Positions 36,101-50,100 of a DNA stretch of 64,000 bases are shown piece by piece (the first letter of the stretch is position 1; each line of letters opens with the position of its first letter). A program made the translations under genes and the position numbers. The DNA lies in contig NW_025767132.1 in NCBI RefSeq assembly GCF_003918875.1, forward strand, positions 124,001-188,000, given 5' to 3'. Source of the stretch: Haliotis rubra. Its lineage: Eukaryota. The notes under the pieces are model-generated. The model was not told where the DNA came from. It worked only from the letters and a program-made list of their open reading frames with translations, and did not search any database.

Positions 36101-36679
36101 GACTAGTAGTTCACTTTTGTAAACAATATAAATGCATGAAGTTGGACTTGTGTTATAAATTTGTATTTGATCAGCATTCCAGTTTTGTCATGACGTGAGT
36201 AAGGCTGTGGTGCTGACAAATACGAGAAACATGATCGGTGATTGGGGATTCGAATCCAAGAAAATGGGTTTCTGGCGAGCCCACTCAGGGAACTTAGACG
36301 ACTGGGCCACTCGTGTCCCCTGTTCGGCATAAGACAGATCGGGACAGCCTTGTATATTTATATATAATGGACATCCTAGAATAGTCTACGTAGAGAGGAG
36401 CAGTGCTTGGCACTCCCAGTTTGATTAACAGAACCCCAGTTGCTGCAATGTTAAGTCTTCACTGGTACTGGACATCAGATCATGGCATATAGTCCCTGAA
36501 TATACGTTCATGCTAATAGCTATCCACAACTACATATACAATTGATAATTTTCATGCATCATTTAGGGTCGCATTCAAGGAGAGCTTGACAAAAGGGGAA
36601 AGACTTGAGGAAAAGTGTGTCATGTTGTCTATTACAATGGGCTGATAGAAACAGTTAGTAATGATACACCCACCTTCAT
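33184..36679 (-). CDS. Countin-like secreted saposin-domain protein, copy D (263 aa, 7 exons)
   Basis: Exons 36674-36679 (MK; tentative micro-exon, ATGAAG|gtgggt), 35874-36081, 34990-35125, 34653-34765, 34271-34366, 33497-33637, 33184-33275; 792 nt. Internal exon sizes 136/113/96/141 equal copy C. Twelve conserved Cys. Signal peptide MKVLALLSCVVLTASG. Confidence 0.9.
35577..35821 (-). mobile_element. SINE family 1, full length with TSD (intron 2 of countin D)
   Basis: 12-bp TSD TAAATACCTATA at 35565-35576 and 35822-35833; (CACT)n tail. Confidence 0.9.
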
Positions 36680-36931
36680 CTTCAATAACAAATGGGATGC
36701 TGTGGCCTTTGATACAACTGCTCTAGTGATAAACACATGCAGGTTGAATGTTGTCTGGACGTCCAAAGCCTGACAGTATCTCTGATAGCATTTATGACAA
36801 ATACACTTGTTGTAGTTTCTGCATTTGCTGACAGAGATCGTATTTATATGGTGTATCTCAGTCTTAGTATTGCGAGGTAGAACTGATGAATCAGGTAGTA
36901 ATCCTTTTGTTTCGTCATTTTTATTAAACGA

Positions 36932-37084
36932 CTGACTGACTGAGTTTGGTTTTACGCCGCTTTTAGCAATATTCCAGCAACATCACGACGGGGGACACCA
37001 GAAATGGGCTTCACACAATGTACCCATGTGGGGATTCGAACCCGGGTCTTCGGCGCTTTAACCACTAGGCTACCCCACCGCCCC
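36932..37084 (-). mobile_element. tRNA-derived SINE family 2 with TSD
   Basis: Perfect 12-bp TSD TTTATTAAACGA (36920-36931 / 37085-37096); (CAGT)n tail. Confidence 0.9.
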
Positions 37085-37784
37085 TTTATTAAACGAAGTC
37101 CTGTCTATGTTGCATTAAGGGATCAATTCATATTTAATAATATCAATGTATAATAGACCATGTACCTGTATTCATGTGAAACATGGAGAAAATCCAGTTG
37201 TTTCACGCGGCATTGTGGATGTAACAGACAGTTTTGCTGCCGTCAGATTCTAGTATTATTGACAATATATCTATATTTAATCTAAAAGAGAAAATGATTA
37301 TCGCTTTAAGGGAAACACAAAGAAACCTGACACTGGAATAGTAAAATTGGTCAATATAAGCCATCTTATATATAAATAACGCCTACAGTGTAAGCCTCAT
37401 TGGGATACAGGCACTCCTATGTTGTAAGGAGCTCGGAAAAAGCAAAGTGTACACCCATGTTTGATGGTGGGTAGAAATTAACCAAACAAGAAATATGGGT
37501 TGGTGATATATTTCATACTTTCAGTCTCGGTAAATGTTTTCAGCCCAGCGGCGTTATGATAACGTTTATAATTTGATGGTCAAATCCAAATTTCAAGTAT
37601 ACACTTACTTTCCCCACCGGTTTATTTCATATCAAGGTGTGTCATTCAATAGGATCAGAGTGCAGGCTAGAAATTAACAAGAAACATTATTTGTGGCATA
37701 TTAGTACTATCAAATTACATTAGTTGATTAATAGTTTTAATTCAATTAGTAAAAACTATTTGTTGTAATTGAAGCTAGGAGCAT

Positions 37785-37890
37785 TGAGCGCTCGCGCGAG
37801 TGCATCACATGATCAGCGTACGAATCACATGACCATTGATCACCAAGGTGCTCCTATTTGCATAAACTTGTTTTGCAATGGCGGCGAAAT
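37785..37890 (+). promoter_or_regulatory. CpG-rich promoter of the CCDC42-family gene (head-to-head with countin D)
   Basis: Palindrome CTCGCGCGAG 37791-37800, two TCACATGA E-boxes (37805, 37825), octamer ATTTGCAT 37856-37863 and YY1-like AATGGCGGC 37877-37885, all within about 170 nt of the ATG. Confidence 0.5.
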
Positions 37891-37963
37891 GTTGATACTC
37901 GGAAACTCATAGCGCACCGTGATTTACTGGCTACAAAAACAACAAATCCAGAGTTGTGCAAAT

Positions 37964-40900
37964 ATGGCAGCATCGGGGCCATATAGGTTAGACTTGGAAC
38001 AACAAAAGAGGAATGTATTCGTGACACAATTAAACGACAGGTGAGAGGAAGCGATCAATGTTTGATGAAGCTACACTGTTGTAATTAGGGTCACTTTGTT
38101 CTACATGGGGGATCTATCGACAGGTGCGCACAAGCGTGACGATTGTGATATTGCCTGTGATTTAGAATGTACTCGGGGGAATTTTGTCAAATGCATTATT
38201 TATTTTGTATGTATAACTTTCGTATTATCTTGTGTTTAACAAACGAGGATGAGAAGACTCTTCTAATCGGTGATTATTTTGAAAATACACAACAGTTCTT
38301 GTTATTTCAATCTATTTCTTTTGTTTCCTATTAGTAATTAATATATGCATTTCATCTAGGAATATTAATTGCATGTATTAAAATTACTACACTGATTGAA
38401 ATGAAGGTATTTATCATTTCTGTTGCCCTAACCATCTGGCCATCAGTTATTATTGATTATTTGTTTGCAGAATGTCTCTCAAGACTGTAAGAAATCTCTG
38501 GAGATTTTCTCCATTTGTTTCTCGACATAGAAACATATTTGCTGCAAATTTAGCTCTTTGACTCAAAATGTTTTATTTATAAATGTGTCCGTGCTGGGTC
38601 TTTGAGTTTTGTTGTTTTCTAGAAAATAGGAGTGTGGGGATTTCAAGAAAGTGATAGATTTTTTCAGGTCAAATATGCAAATATTTTTGTAGTACTCGAC
38701 AGAACTGTTGAAATATTCATTTTCTCAATGGTGAATGCCAATAAATTGGGATTTTATGAAAGCAACTAAAGATAAAGTAGCTGCATTTTGTATATTGATA
38801 ATGGTAGAGAAAACTTTACATATCTGTATGTGTGTATCCATTTTACTTTCAGGGAAGATGAAGATGAGATTTCTGCATTCCCTGTGGTCAAGGAATCAGG
38901 GGACAAACTTATTGAAACCGGTATCAACACTTTGCAGAAAACCCTTCTCTTGAAGAAGGATGTTGAAGTAGAAAAGGTCCAGGCTGACCTTGAAGAGAAG
39001 CGATATGAGTTCAAGAAACGAATGGAAGCCTGCTCACAGAGGCAGATACATGTCCAGAAAAAACAACAACAGGTTAGCAATAATGTTATAACAAAAGTTA
39101 CTGTGTAAGTTTTCATTTTGTACTGGTTAGAAAGGGAAAGAAAACATTATTTTAAAACTAAATTAATGTAGAATATATATGTACATTAAATGTTACTTCT
39201 TAGTAAATTCGGGGTGGTGGGGTAGTGGTTAAGGTGTTTGCTCGTTACGCCGAAGACCTGGGTTCGATTCCCCACATAGACACAATGTGTGAAGCCCATT
39301 TCTGGTGTCCCCTGCCGTAATATTGCTGGAATATTGCTGAAAGTGGCGTAAAACTAAACTCACTCACTCACACTTAGTATATTCACTTTGTATCTTTGGT
39401 ATGTTCCAAATTAAGATTTTGTATTTCTTGTTTTGCTTTTTTAATTTGACTGTTTTCTTCAGATGAAAGACAGAGTTTCCAAATTTGAAAAGTTTATCCA
39501 AGAAAATGAAGCTAAAAGAAGAAGAGCATTGCAAAAATATCAGCAGGAAGTCCGATTACGAATACAGAAGACGTCAGAATTTGACCTGCTTCTGCAGCAG
39601 TTGGAAGACCTTAAAGCGAGGTGTGTTGACTTCCAGCACTGGGTCAGATAGTAGGAAACAATAACTGTTAGCAGGATATATACTGTCATTGAAAATTGAA
39701 TTGTTATGTATTGGCCCACAAACAATGCCTTTGATCAATTATTATGAATATAGTTAATTACAATTTGTATAATTTTTGTATTTTTATCTGTTTATTTTTT
39801 TATCAATGATGGAGCAATTGTGACCCAAAATATTCTAACTACTTTTCTTTCCTGTTTTGATTTTGGCTTTTGCCTAGCGCTGTTCGAATGCTTAAACCCG
39901 AACAATTTGAAAATGTCACCTTAGAATCTTGCTGTAAGGTTATGAATATACAATGTAGTGAATTACAATTTGTATAATTTTTGTATTTTTATCAATTAAT
40001 TTTTTTATCAATGATGGAGCAATTGTGCCCCAAAATATTCTAACTACTTTTCTTTCCTGTTTTGATTTTGGCTTTTGCCTAGTGCTGTTCGAATGCTTAA
40101 ACCCGAACAATTTGAAAATGTCACCTTAGAATCTTGCTGTAAGGTGCCCTAACTTGTAGCTGTTTATGATGCAAATTGCTTAGCTTTGATAGGAAAGGCA
40201 AGCTTTGACAAACATGTGTTGTTTGATTGCAGACACCGATTCTTGAAGGAGCAGTTAGTCCAGTACAAGAAGTATGAGGAGTACCTGTTGCGAGTCATTG
40301 ATGCCATGCCTGAGGGTGAGCAAATGTTGTTTTATGTTGTAGTCTGCAATATCACCATACATGAAAGTGGCTTGGATGAATTAGCCAGACTGTGATAGCA
40401 TAACCATCAATCCATGGGGACTTGGGCCTCTTCTGCCCAACAATGTAACTTTGAGATGGTAGGAGACAAAATTATATGGATCCTTTTGAGTTAGTGTAGA
40501 ATTAAAACATAATCTCACAGTGGTAGTCCTAGTTTCTTAAACATACTGTTATTGGTAAGGGATAGTCAGCATTAAGTCTTACAATAATGGATTAGAGTAA
40601 TATGAGAAGAGAGTTGTATTTGCAGACTATCTGCCATCATCGGAGGACAAGCTGAAGGGTCTGATGATGCGACACCGGACACTGAGTGAATCCAACAAAG
40701 ACCTAGTCAACAATCTGGTGGCCATGGAGGATGAGGTGGGTGGACATTGGGTGGAGGATGGGGTGGGTGTACGAGGGGTGGAGAAGGGGTGAGTTTACAC
40801 AGGTGGTGGGTGCTGAGGTTAGGGTGGTGGTTATACATAGGGTGGGTGGGAGATAGTGGCATTGGGTATACATGTGGTGTATATAGTCGAGCTGATTGGT

Positions 40901-43900
40901 GTTCACAGGGTGGGTGAACATGGAGTAGAAGATTGTGTGGCAGGTAGGTATCATTCATGGAGAAAGTGAGGTAATAGGGTGTATCAGGGAAAGATGGTGG
41001 TAGTGGGCAGGTGGGTGGCATACCATGTTGTTGAACATAGGAAGGATTTGTGATGGTGGAAGGTGGACATACCTCTGAGGTAACCATGGTAATCAGTATG
41101 TCATATATCCCTAGCTGGAGCATCTGAAGCTGAAGCTGGACGAGATGTCCCAGGAACACAACAAGCAGAAGGTGTCCATCAACTCCCAGCTGGCTCGGCT
41201 CCAGGAGAAGCAGGAGACAAAGACTGATTCCAACCAGGAGAAGGAGCTCAACTTTGCCCTATCCAAGGGGGACCTCAGGAAGAGGGTGAGTAGACCTCAT
41301 ACAAACCAAGATCCTTAGAGAATAATCCATGAGATACAAGTGATTACGGGAAATATGTCCCGAGTGAAATTAATGTTCACTGTCCTGAGCTTGAACATTA
41401 AAACAAAGAAACCAGCATTTACGAACTCAAAGCTGCATCTTCTTATGTACGTGTTTACAACTATATCAGCTGATCTGTATTAATGCGCGGATGAAACCAA
41501 ACTGCTCAAGCTTAATGGAATTGCATTCAAACCACAATATAGTACTGTAAAAAAAAGTATGAAAAACAACACAATTCAACAGTTTCAAAATTCGTTTGAT
41601 GGCGATTTTATTAACCACACCCCCTTGTAAAGTTTCAGTTTATTTTCAGCGAGTACAATCACATGTTAAATATATTGAGTCGAAGATCGCAAATGTGTCG
41701 ATCTGCTTACTCAGAAGGTGGGTGACTGTTGTTGGATACAAAACAGTAAAAACCTGTCAATTTTGTTAACATTAACTTTGGGGGGAAATTTTTGGCGAGA
41801 TCCTGACTCGCTCAATAGCGTTTTCCGGCAACACTTTAAGTCTATACCTTGCGACTTCCATTTCACCATATTGAGTGTTGATCACATACATGTGAAAGGA
41901 ATTTAGTGGTTGTATTATTCTCATTACACGTCCAGTATTGTCTCATTCCACCTTGACTAGGTCATTGACTTTGATTGGAATTAACTGGGAAGCCATGCTT
42001 GTTTATAAAATACGATTTTATCAATTTTAGACAATTTTATATTACAAAACATGTTGCTTAGTAAACGATGCCATATTGTAAATGAAGTATGAAATGAAAC
42101 ATGAACTAAGCATCAAATCGAAATCCTGTATGTTTTTTTGTTTTGTTCTATTTTAAAATCTCAAATCAGTGCAATTACAGCACTTTCAATTCATCAATGA
42201 ATCAATGAAATATTATGAATGAACGTAGTGGTGTGAAAGTAGTTCCGGCATCCAATGAAAATGTACAAATAAATGATCAACCAATCAACGTTGGGAATCA
42301 CTAAATTGCACACTGTGCAAATATCAAAAAGATATTACACGGGATCTCCTCACCCATATGGGTAATGAAGCAATATTCAACACCTTCCAAATTAATTGAT
42401 GATAGTGGTCTACAAATGAAAAGATTCTCTGGTCTTCTTTCCAGTCAGTATTGATGATATTGTACTTGATTGAATGACCACCACTAAACCAAACTATTTC
42501 ATTTCAGAGAACACAGTATGGTGTAATTCTCATGGCCATTGATAATATCTATGAAAAATGTCGAAAAGTCATAGAACTGCCAGCAGAAAAAATGGAATTA
42601 GACGACAAACTGCACAGAATAAAAGTGAGTAAAACAAAGTGACAAACTTGAACTGTCAATCATAAACATTTTTCAGGTGAGAGAAGGAGCTGTACACAGG
42701 GTGGGTGGGGTTGGGGGATGTAAAGCAATGTAACTAGTGCAACCTCATGGACATTAATGATTTTTCCATCTGTCGAGATGCATGTTCACGCAGAACAAGG
42801 ATAGAGAGGCTAAGAGATTTTTTTACAGATGATTATACAGGCTGTTACCAAAGCTTTAAGGTATGGTCAACTGTCTGCTCTTCCATTTTCTCATTGAAGG
42901 ATCCTTCAGTTGTCACCATCACTTTCTCATGAATGTTCATCCGATCGGCAATCTTTAGCGAAATTGTCACTCTCAGAGGACGTTTAATTTCCCAAGGGGT
43001 GTATAGAGAGTGTCAATCCTGCTCTAATATCTTCAATTAAAGAAGAGTGCATCAGCAGATGATGAATCCACATAATTCATCATGAAAAGGAAGGACAGAG
43101 AGTGTATCATTCTTCCTCCTAAGATGATGATGAGTTCATCTAACTGAAGAGGGTTAGAGATGATCTCAGGATGCCCAAGTTCTTCCTAAAAGACTGCCAT
43201 TTTTATAGATTGCCAGTCCATGTAAACTCTCCCAAAAATTGATGTTGACATTACATCACTGTGTCCTTAATGGAACAACTTTTCACTCTTAGTGCAAGAT
43301 AGGGAATTGATGCATGTTCACACCGCCATCAGTAGGACCCTACTGTTTATTGGTACCATTCTATCTGCCCTAGAAGCCATTGCTATGCTGATTGCTCACG
43401 TTACTTCGTTGGAAGAAATCTATATCAGGGGAGCCATTGTCATTTTCAGGTTGTGATGGACCTTATCTCCCACTTTCTGGGTTATATGACTGCTCTGATA
43501 TGTCTTCAACTATTTCGTCAACCATGGTTGACAAGGTCCACAAGGAAAATTAGTTTCAAGTTTCTGTGGAATTACTTCAAATGCAATAGATCCAAATTCA
43601 AAATTCTTTACACCAGGAACACGTGGCACAATATACTATGTCCAACCAAGATTTGAAGGAGTCTTTTCGTGGACAAAGGTCCAGTATAGGCAGGAGCAAG
43701 CTTAAGTGGAAGGACCTCCAGCTGATACCATCACGTTTGACAAGTCCAAGGGAGGGGAGGAGTCTGCATGATACACAGACTCTTCAAAACAGTGACTTGC
43801 CGACATCATGCATGACTGGGAACTTCACCCCAATCTACCCTGTAGGCAGAAGACGTGAGACTTTTGTCCTAACTTGGACTAAATGTCTTGGCTTTCTTAA

Positions 43901-44738
43901 CAGAACATTTCTGGTGTCCCCCGCCGTGATGTTGCTGGAATATTGCTAAAAGCGGTGCAAAACCAAAACTCAGTCAGTCAGTCTTAACAGAATGATACAG
44001 ACTTCCAATCCAGGGCTTGTTGCCTCTGATGTCTGACCCTTCATATTGTTGGTAAAAAAGAGCCTCAACTGTCAAAGATACAGACTACTTTGAGTATGCT
44101 GTTAAGGCTATTTAAGTAGACAGGGAAGGCAGACTCGATACTTGGTTGACTGCATTTTTCACAGCATTACTGCATGGGATGCTGCTGATTATCACTTGTT
44201 TGTCTGGCCCAGACTTTAATATGGACACACTGTGGTCATGTAGCTGGTATATAGCTGCCATTATACTGTAATGTACCAGGGTAGATTTGTTTGGAGAATA
44301 TTATATGAATAGGAGTGTGTTTGAAAGTATTGGTGAACCCAAACAAAAGGTATCATTACTTTCCAGTATCTAAATAGCACTTTTAAACTACTGCATTGAT
44401 TATGATTACAAAGTACTTACGTCATGGTTACCCAGTGAGGTGTTTCTGACATTTCTATGGCACAGGAAAAACATGGAACCCCTCTGTTGTTCGAAAATGT
44501 GCATAAGTACATCTTCCTAATAGTCACACAATTCGGCACCAAGTCTAGATATACTGTGTTGTATTGATATTAACAAGTTTGTCTCCACTGCCCGCAGGAC
44601 CACCTGAATGACAGGCAAGACGTAGCTCGCATGGCTCATCCTGACAGTTCCTTCGTTGGAAGCCAAGCAGTTGAGTCTCACAAAGAGTCCAGGAAGGGAA
44701 AGAAGCGAGTCACATTAGTCATCAACGAAGTCTCTTAA
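37964..44738 (+). CDS. CCDC42/CFAP73/CCDC197-family coiled-coil protein (DUF4200-like; 358 aa, 8 exons), likely cilia/flagella related
   Basis: Exons 37964-38040, 38853-39072, 39463-39620, 40233-40315, 40626-40735, 41115-41285, 42508-42624, 44598-44738; 1077 nt, all GT-AG, phases consistent. Motifs LLLKK...EFKKRME...KFEKFIQENEAKRRRA and KKYEEYLLRVIDAMPE are typical of the family; the latter looks closest to CCDC197 from memory. Exact orthology not resolved. Confidence 0.9.
39211..39372 (+). mobile_element. tRNA-derived SINE family 2
   Basis: TSD CTTAGTAAATTC / CTTAGTATATTC (1 mismatch); (CACT)n tail. Confidence 0.88.
39743..40144. repeat. About 200-bp tandem duplication (intron 3 of the CCDC42-family gene)
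   Basis: TATGAATATA..AATTACAATTTGTATAATTTTTG...GAATCTTGCTGTAAGG repeated twice, near-identical. Confidence 0.9.
43906..43981 (+). mobile_element. 5'-truncated SINE family 2 with TSD
   Basis: 11-bp TSD TCTTAACAGAA (43895-43905 / 43982-43992); (CAGT)n tail. Confidence 0.85.
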
Positions 44739-47026
44739 CTTCCAGGCTTAGTGTTATTTATGTGCCCAGTGTATTCTGCCCCAAGTGTGAGCATCCCTTC
44801 AGCAGTGTGGACCAGTGTGCTAGGACATGTGTGTATCCTGAGAATAGATTGTCCTATGTTTTTGGTTTGCAAAGAAGTCTTAGCTATGTCTGGAAATATT
44901 TTACTCGTTGCCATAATTACAACGAAAATTAAGAAAACTGTAAGAAACCTTCTGTAACTTTGTCGAAGTCAAACTCTATTTGTCTTCAATGAGTCACATG
45001 ATGGACAATCGGTGGTCTCATATCTTAGTGCAACAGTGATGTCACAATGATTATATTGAGGAAATAATTAAGAACACACATAGGTTTGATTGTGACAAGG
45101 TGAACATACCTGCCATAACAAGCCATTATCATTAGCACTCTGTTCTGGACTAGTTATCTTCCCATTGTAACATAGGGTAGACATTTGTAAATACCACATC
45201 ATTGTTGTGTACATATATTTTGTTAAACTGTTATGTCTATGTCTGTTTGTAGTGATATTAATGTTACTGACAATTTATGTCAGGTCATGTACATGACATA
45301 TATTTATATGAATGTACCTACAATGGTGAATATTTTCTGCATTTATTGATATCTCAGTATGAAAGATCTCATTCAAATATAACATCATGATTCTTTCTTA
45401 TTTTAATTGACAATTCTTGTGAATATTTTTTATAATGGTGGATATCAGATTCCAAGCAAATGGCATTAACAAGTGAACACTAGCTGTTGTAATGCCTATG
45501 GTAATACCAGAAGTATAGTATTTGACTTGAAAATGGGACTAGAATTTACAATTGATTTAATTATTATCAATTTAACATTTTATATGTCTTACATAGGGTA
45601 TACATAATAACATATTTCTATTAAAATACTTAATAGTGTTTTCATTTGTGTTTTCATTGTCACCAGTTACTAATAAAATACATTTCAGTTACATGGAATA
45701 TACAAGATATTTCTTTCTAAGACCAACCTTTTTGTTTACTTGGATCACAGACTTATTTCAGTGTAACCCTGCTGTTAGAGGAAGAATTAAGAGAATTGAT
45801 TATCGTACCAAGAGTGAGTGTAAACACACGCAAGTATTACTTTTGAAACCATTATTTTATACCTTTCTTCATACCACCTTTCTTTACACTATTAACAGGT
45901 GTAAAATTACCTGCACAGTACAGTACTTGACCCCTGCATAACAAGAAATATTTAAGTAAACCCTCTTGTCTGTAGCCCCTTGCTTACTGACAAATTACTG
46001 TTTGGAATATCTGGATATGATTTAAGGTTAGCACCATTTAGCCATGATTTCTGGATGATTTTACTTGGACAAATCCAGTGTTGAATGAACAGTGTTTCAC
46101 TGTGTGTGGTCAGCCAACAGGAAAGTGACGTATTTTCTGTTTCTTCTCAACATTATCATAAAATTTGGATCTGTGATCAAAGTATTACCAAAAGTTGGTG
46201 TAAGTTTGCCTTTAACTGTAGTATTCAAAGTACAATGCATTGTGAAATGTTATAAAGGACTTCCTCATTGCTATTGACCACACCCATTCCTCCACTGAAC
46301 CTTTCCCATCCAAACCCCATCACCGAAAGTGCTTTACAGTCTTAACACCAGTTCTGTGATTATGTAGAAGTCTTCCTGCTTGACAGCATCAGGTATAAGT
46401 GAGGTATAAAGGCAGCCATTACCGCCATTCTGTTTCATATCAAAACACTAAATGGTGATGATTAAAGCTCCTCTAAACTGCTGTCATCATTAGAGACTTA
46501 AAAAATATGCACTTGCATCAGTGGATGAAATTCACTGGTGAAACAAAAGCTTATTACAGGGTATTATGACTTTTTCAAATGGCTGACAAACAGCCATGTT
46601 TAAAATCAGTTAATTTCAATTTAAATATACAACTGCAAGCCAGTGCAAGGACCAGGAAAAGTAAGTCACATGGATTTCAACATAATGTTGTAAATGTTTA
46701 GGACAGACATCAGTTTAGGGGAGCTAACATTTGCTGACAGTGCTTATTTATACTTGATGCCCCCCCACTTGCCCCTCTCCATGTCAGTATTGCCCAGTCT
46801 CTTAAGCATTACCCATCATTTTTGTGATGATTTAATCTTTGTTCTTCCATTGTATTAGACTGGATTAAGTATTTAATGTGGAATAAAACATTGTGAGTGA
46901 TACATTTAATAATGTTTATATTCTTATTCTTTTCATCTTTTGTGATTATATTCAGGGATTTAAAGAATATTACTTGTTTAATCTATTATTATGTTATATA
47001 TAAACACAGAGGCACATAGTTAGCTT

Positions 47027-47180
47027 GGGATGTGGGGTAGCCTTGTGCTGAAAGCAATAACTTTTCATCCTGGAGGCCCAGGTTCACTCTCCACAAAACG
47101 TAAAGCCCAATCCTGGTGTCGCCCGCTGTGGTATTACTGGAATATCATTACAAATGGCAGAAAACACAACTCACACAACT
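47027..47180 (+). mobile_element. SINE family 2, degenerate
   Basis: GTGGGGTAGCC..AAGCCCAATCCTGGTGTCGCCCG..CTGGAATAT recognisable. Confidence 0.65.
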
Positions 47181-50100
47181 GAATGCCAAAAACTCAAATG
47201 TACCTCAGATTTTGTTTTTGAAAAAATACTCATGTTTTCTTACTAAATGATGGTAGCTACATACAGTAGGTATTTTGTAAACTTATGACAGCTGTTGCAG
47301 GGTGTCAAAAACATGTATTTTGGTGCATCACCCAACATATCCAAAATTGTTGTACTTTTGAATTAATTAAACTCTTGTTCGTATTCAAGTATGTAAGTAT
47401 GTGCTAAGAAAAGGATTACACATTAAGTTCCCTCATCACATTGGGAGAATTTACTGATACTTGTTGCCAACATACAGTCAATATCAGCTGCTGAGTAATC
47501 CAAGATACATCCCTGAAAGCTATTCATGATATTTCATCGACAGTCAAACCATTATTATCTTACACCGAGGAGGACCATGTTTTAACTTTGAAATATGACA
47601 TTTCAGATAACAAGGTATGGCCACCAACACAGATAAAGTACAGTATTATAGATACATAGAAATACAAAGATCAAAACACTATGAGAGGACATTGAAATAA
47701 TTATGCAAACAATGATTAATAAAATCTTTGACTAATGATTTACTGTATTCATTTATTACATGTAGAACTGGCCAAAAATGTGCATGCCCCTTGTCAAGCA
47801 GGGCACCAATACGAGTCCTGCCATCAGCTGTCCTCTTGACAAAGTGACAGTCTTGTCTCAAGTATATTAATTCACAGCTTGGACATTGTCACATGACAAA
47901 TGCCAACTTGATGAGGTACACAATTCCGTAGTCAAGTCCAAGGTTCTCGATAGGCCATGTCTTCTTAACTTGAATTTGAGAAAAGTGGACAAATTAATGA
48001 ATTTGTGTTGAGGCAGTTGACACCTGGAGAATAGGCTTCAGATGTTGGTATATTAGGGGTATACAGGTTCAATGAAACCAGTTTCAGCTGTATGTAAAAA
48101 ACAAACACATTCATGAAATGCCTACAAAATATAATTATTATTTCTTCTCATGGTAATATTTGACCCACAAACTTTAATCAGTTAGTCTGTTCACATGACT
48201 AGTTGAGATCATGTGCCCATCATCCTATGGTCAGCTAGGTGGGGTCTGGCCGTGGGACACAACATCTGTTTACTGTTACTTGACCGCTTTATTCAGGAGT
48301 GTAATACACATATAGATAACCTAAAAAAAGTAAGCAACACACACTGTTTTATCAAGTAGAGATTACACAGGTCAAACAGAGAAATCAATGTAATGGAGGT
48401 TGAATTAAAACCAAATGTAAATAAATGTCTCATATAACTTCTAACAGCTGTATAAACAAAGCTATCAAATGTATACAATTTTCAGAGTTTTTCAGTATCA
48501 AGAACACACCATGGATGGGGGAAATGTTTATCTTCAAATTTAGTTGTAATCATTTACATGTATTACTTTTTAAATTTATTTTGATTTTAGTCTGAGGTTG
48601 GATATGCTTCTAATACATATCCTTTGAAATACCCTTGTAAGAAATGTACCTCACATTATTATAAACATACATTATGTGGCTAATCAAACAATTCCATTTT
48701 GTTTCTATTAACCAAAACACCTAACATACATGTATTTAGATCTACACTGTGTGCACACCATCTCTTAATTTTCATATCCCCCATAAAAGCAGAAATGATT
48801 GAAGTTAATTCTTAAGTGAATTTTGTCACCTTATATGACTGGGTGCCCATTTCAAATTAGTCCAGTTCCAAGGATATAACACAACAGGTTTCCTCAATAT
48901 CTGTTTGGGACAATGAGTACTTAAACAGACAACGTCAACAGTGTTAACAACAAAATCTCTTTATTCTGAACCAAGATATTTATGGCAAAGATCTACAACT
49001 TACAAACATCTCTATACAAATAACACAGTTATAGGGTCAAGCTTTTCCACCTAACAGCCCTGATAGTGTAGCTTATGATACTTGCTGCAACACATAGGTA
49101 ACAGTGACCAACCACACTGACACATGATACATCCCCGGTACATGTCCGTCCTACTGCAAATACCATGAGGGTGCTGAATGGCAATATTGTAGCACCATAT
49201 GCTGTTTTGCTGGTTGTTCTCTTAAAATGTCCCAGATTTTAATACTGAATCGCAAGGTATAAAATGTCTTGGGTTAGAAGAAATCCATTTGTCTTGCTAT
49301 GACTTTAGTTAGGAGAGGATAGTTTGAATCACTAACAAAATAATTTATTAATGCCTTCTTTTACCTATATGAATCATTTTACATCAACCGCTAAATAATC
49401 TTATCTCAGAAGAACTATCGCGACCTTCCACTGAGTGTATTCCACAAAGCAATCTTACAGTACCACTGTCATGCCACCATAACTTACCAAAGACAAAGGT
49501 AGCTGTGTTGTCTGATTGCTCTGTGGAATGGATCCTGTTCTTCAACTAACAATGAAAACAGTACTTTCATAGATGTAAACAATTCTGGTAACATTGGGAA
49601 ATAAAATTCTTACACACACTTATTAATTCCTCCCAGAAAACTGTAGTTCTGTATACCAGTCAGTTGACTACAGGTTGTGTAGTCATTGGGACAGAACCTC
49701 GTTGTAACTGGAATGGTAAGTACCTACAGCGATTGCAAGGTGGGTATAGACAAATGACGTGGTGGCAACATACACTACTGCACATCACAGGCATGGCCAG
49801 TCTACAAGCTGTAGGTGGTACATGGTTTGGGTGAAAATTGTGAAACATAGTGCATGGTCATTTTGAAACTGGGTTATATATCCAGACATTGTACAACATA
49901 GATGTGTTACATGCCATTGGGTGAATGTGTCTGTGAGTACATGTATAATGTGATACTGCTTTTAGCAATATTTTAAGTCTCACAACAGCTCCACTGACAG
50001 TGACAATGGGCTTCAGACATTGTACCAATCTGAGAGTTGAGCACCAAGTGTTGGCCACGATGAAAGCTAAAACTAGCCAACTACCCAAAAGTACAAAACC

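Noticed and set aside
40703-41159. Pro/His-rich minus-strand ORFs (150 and 83 aa)
   Set aside because: Antisense reading of the G-rich intron; low complexity.
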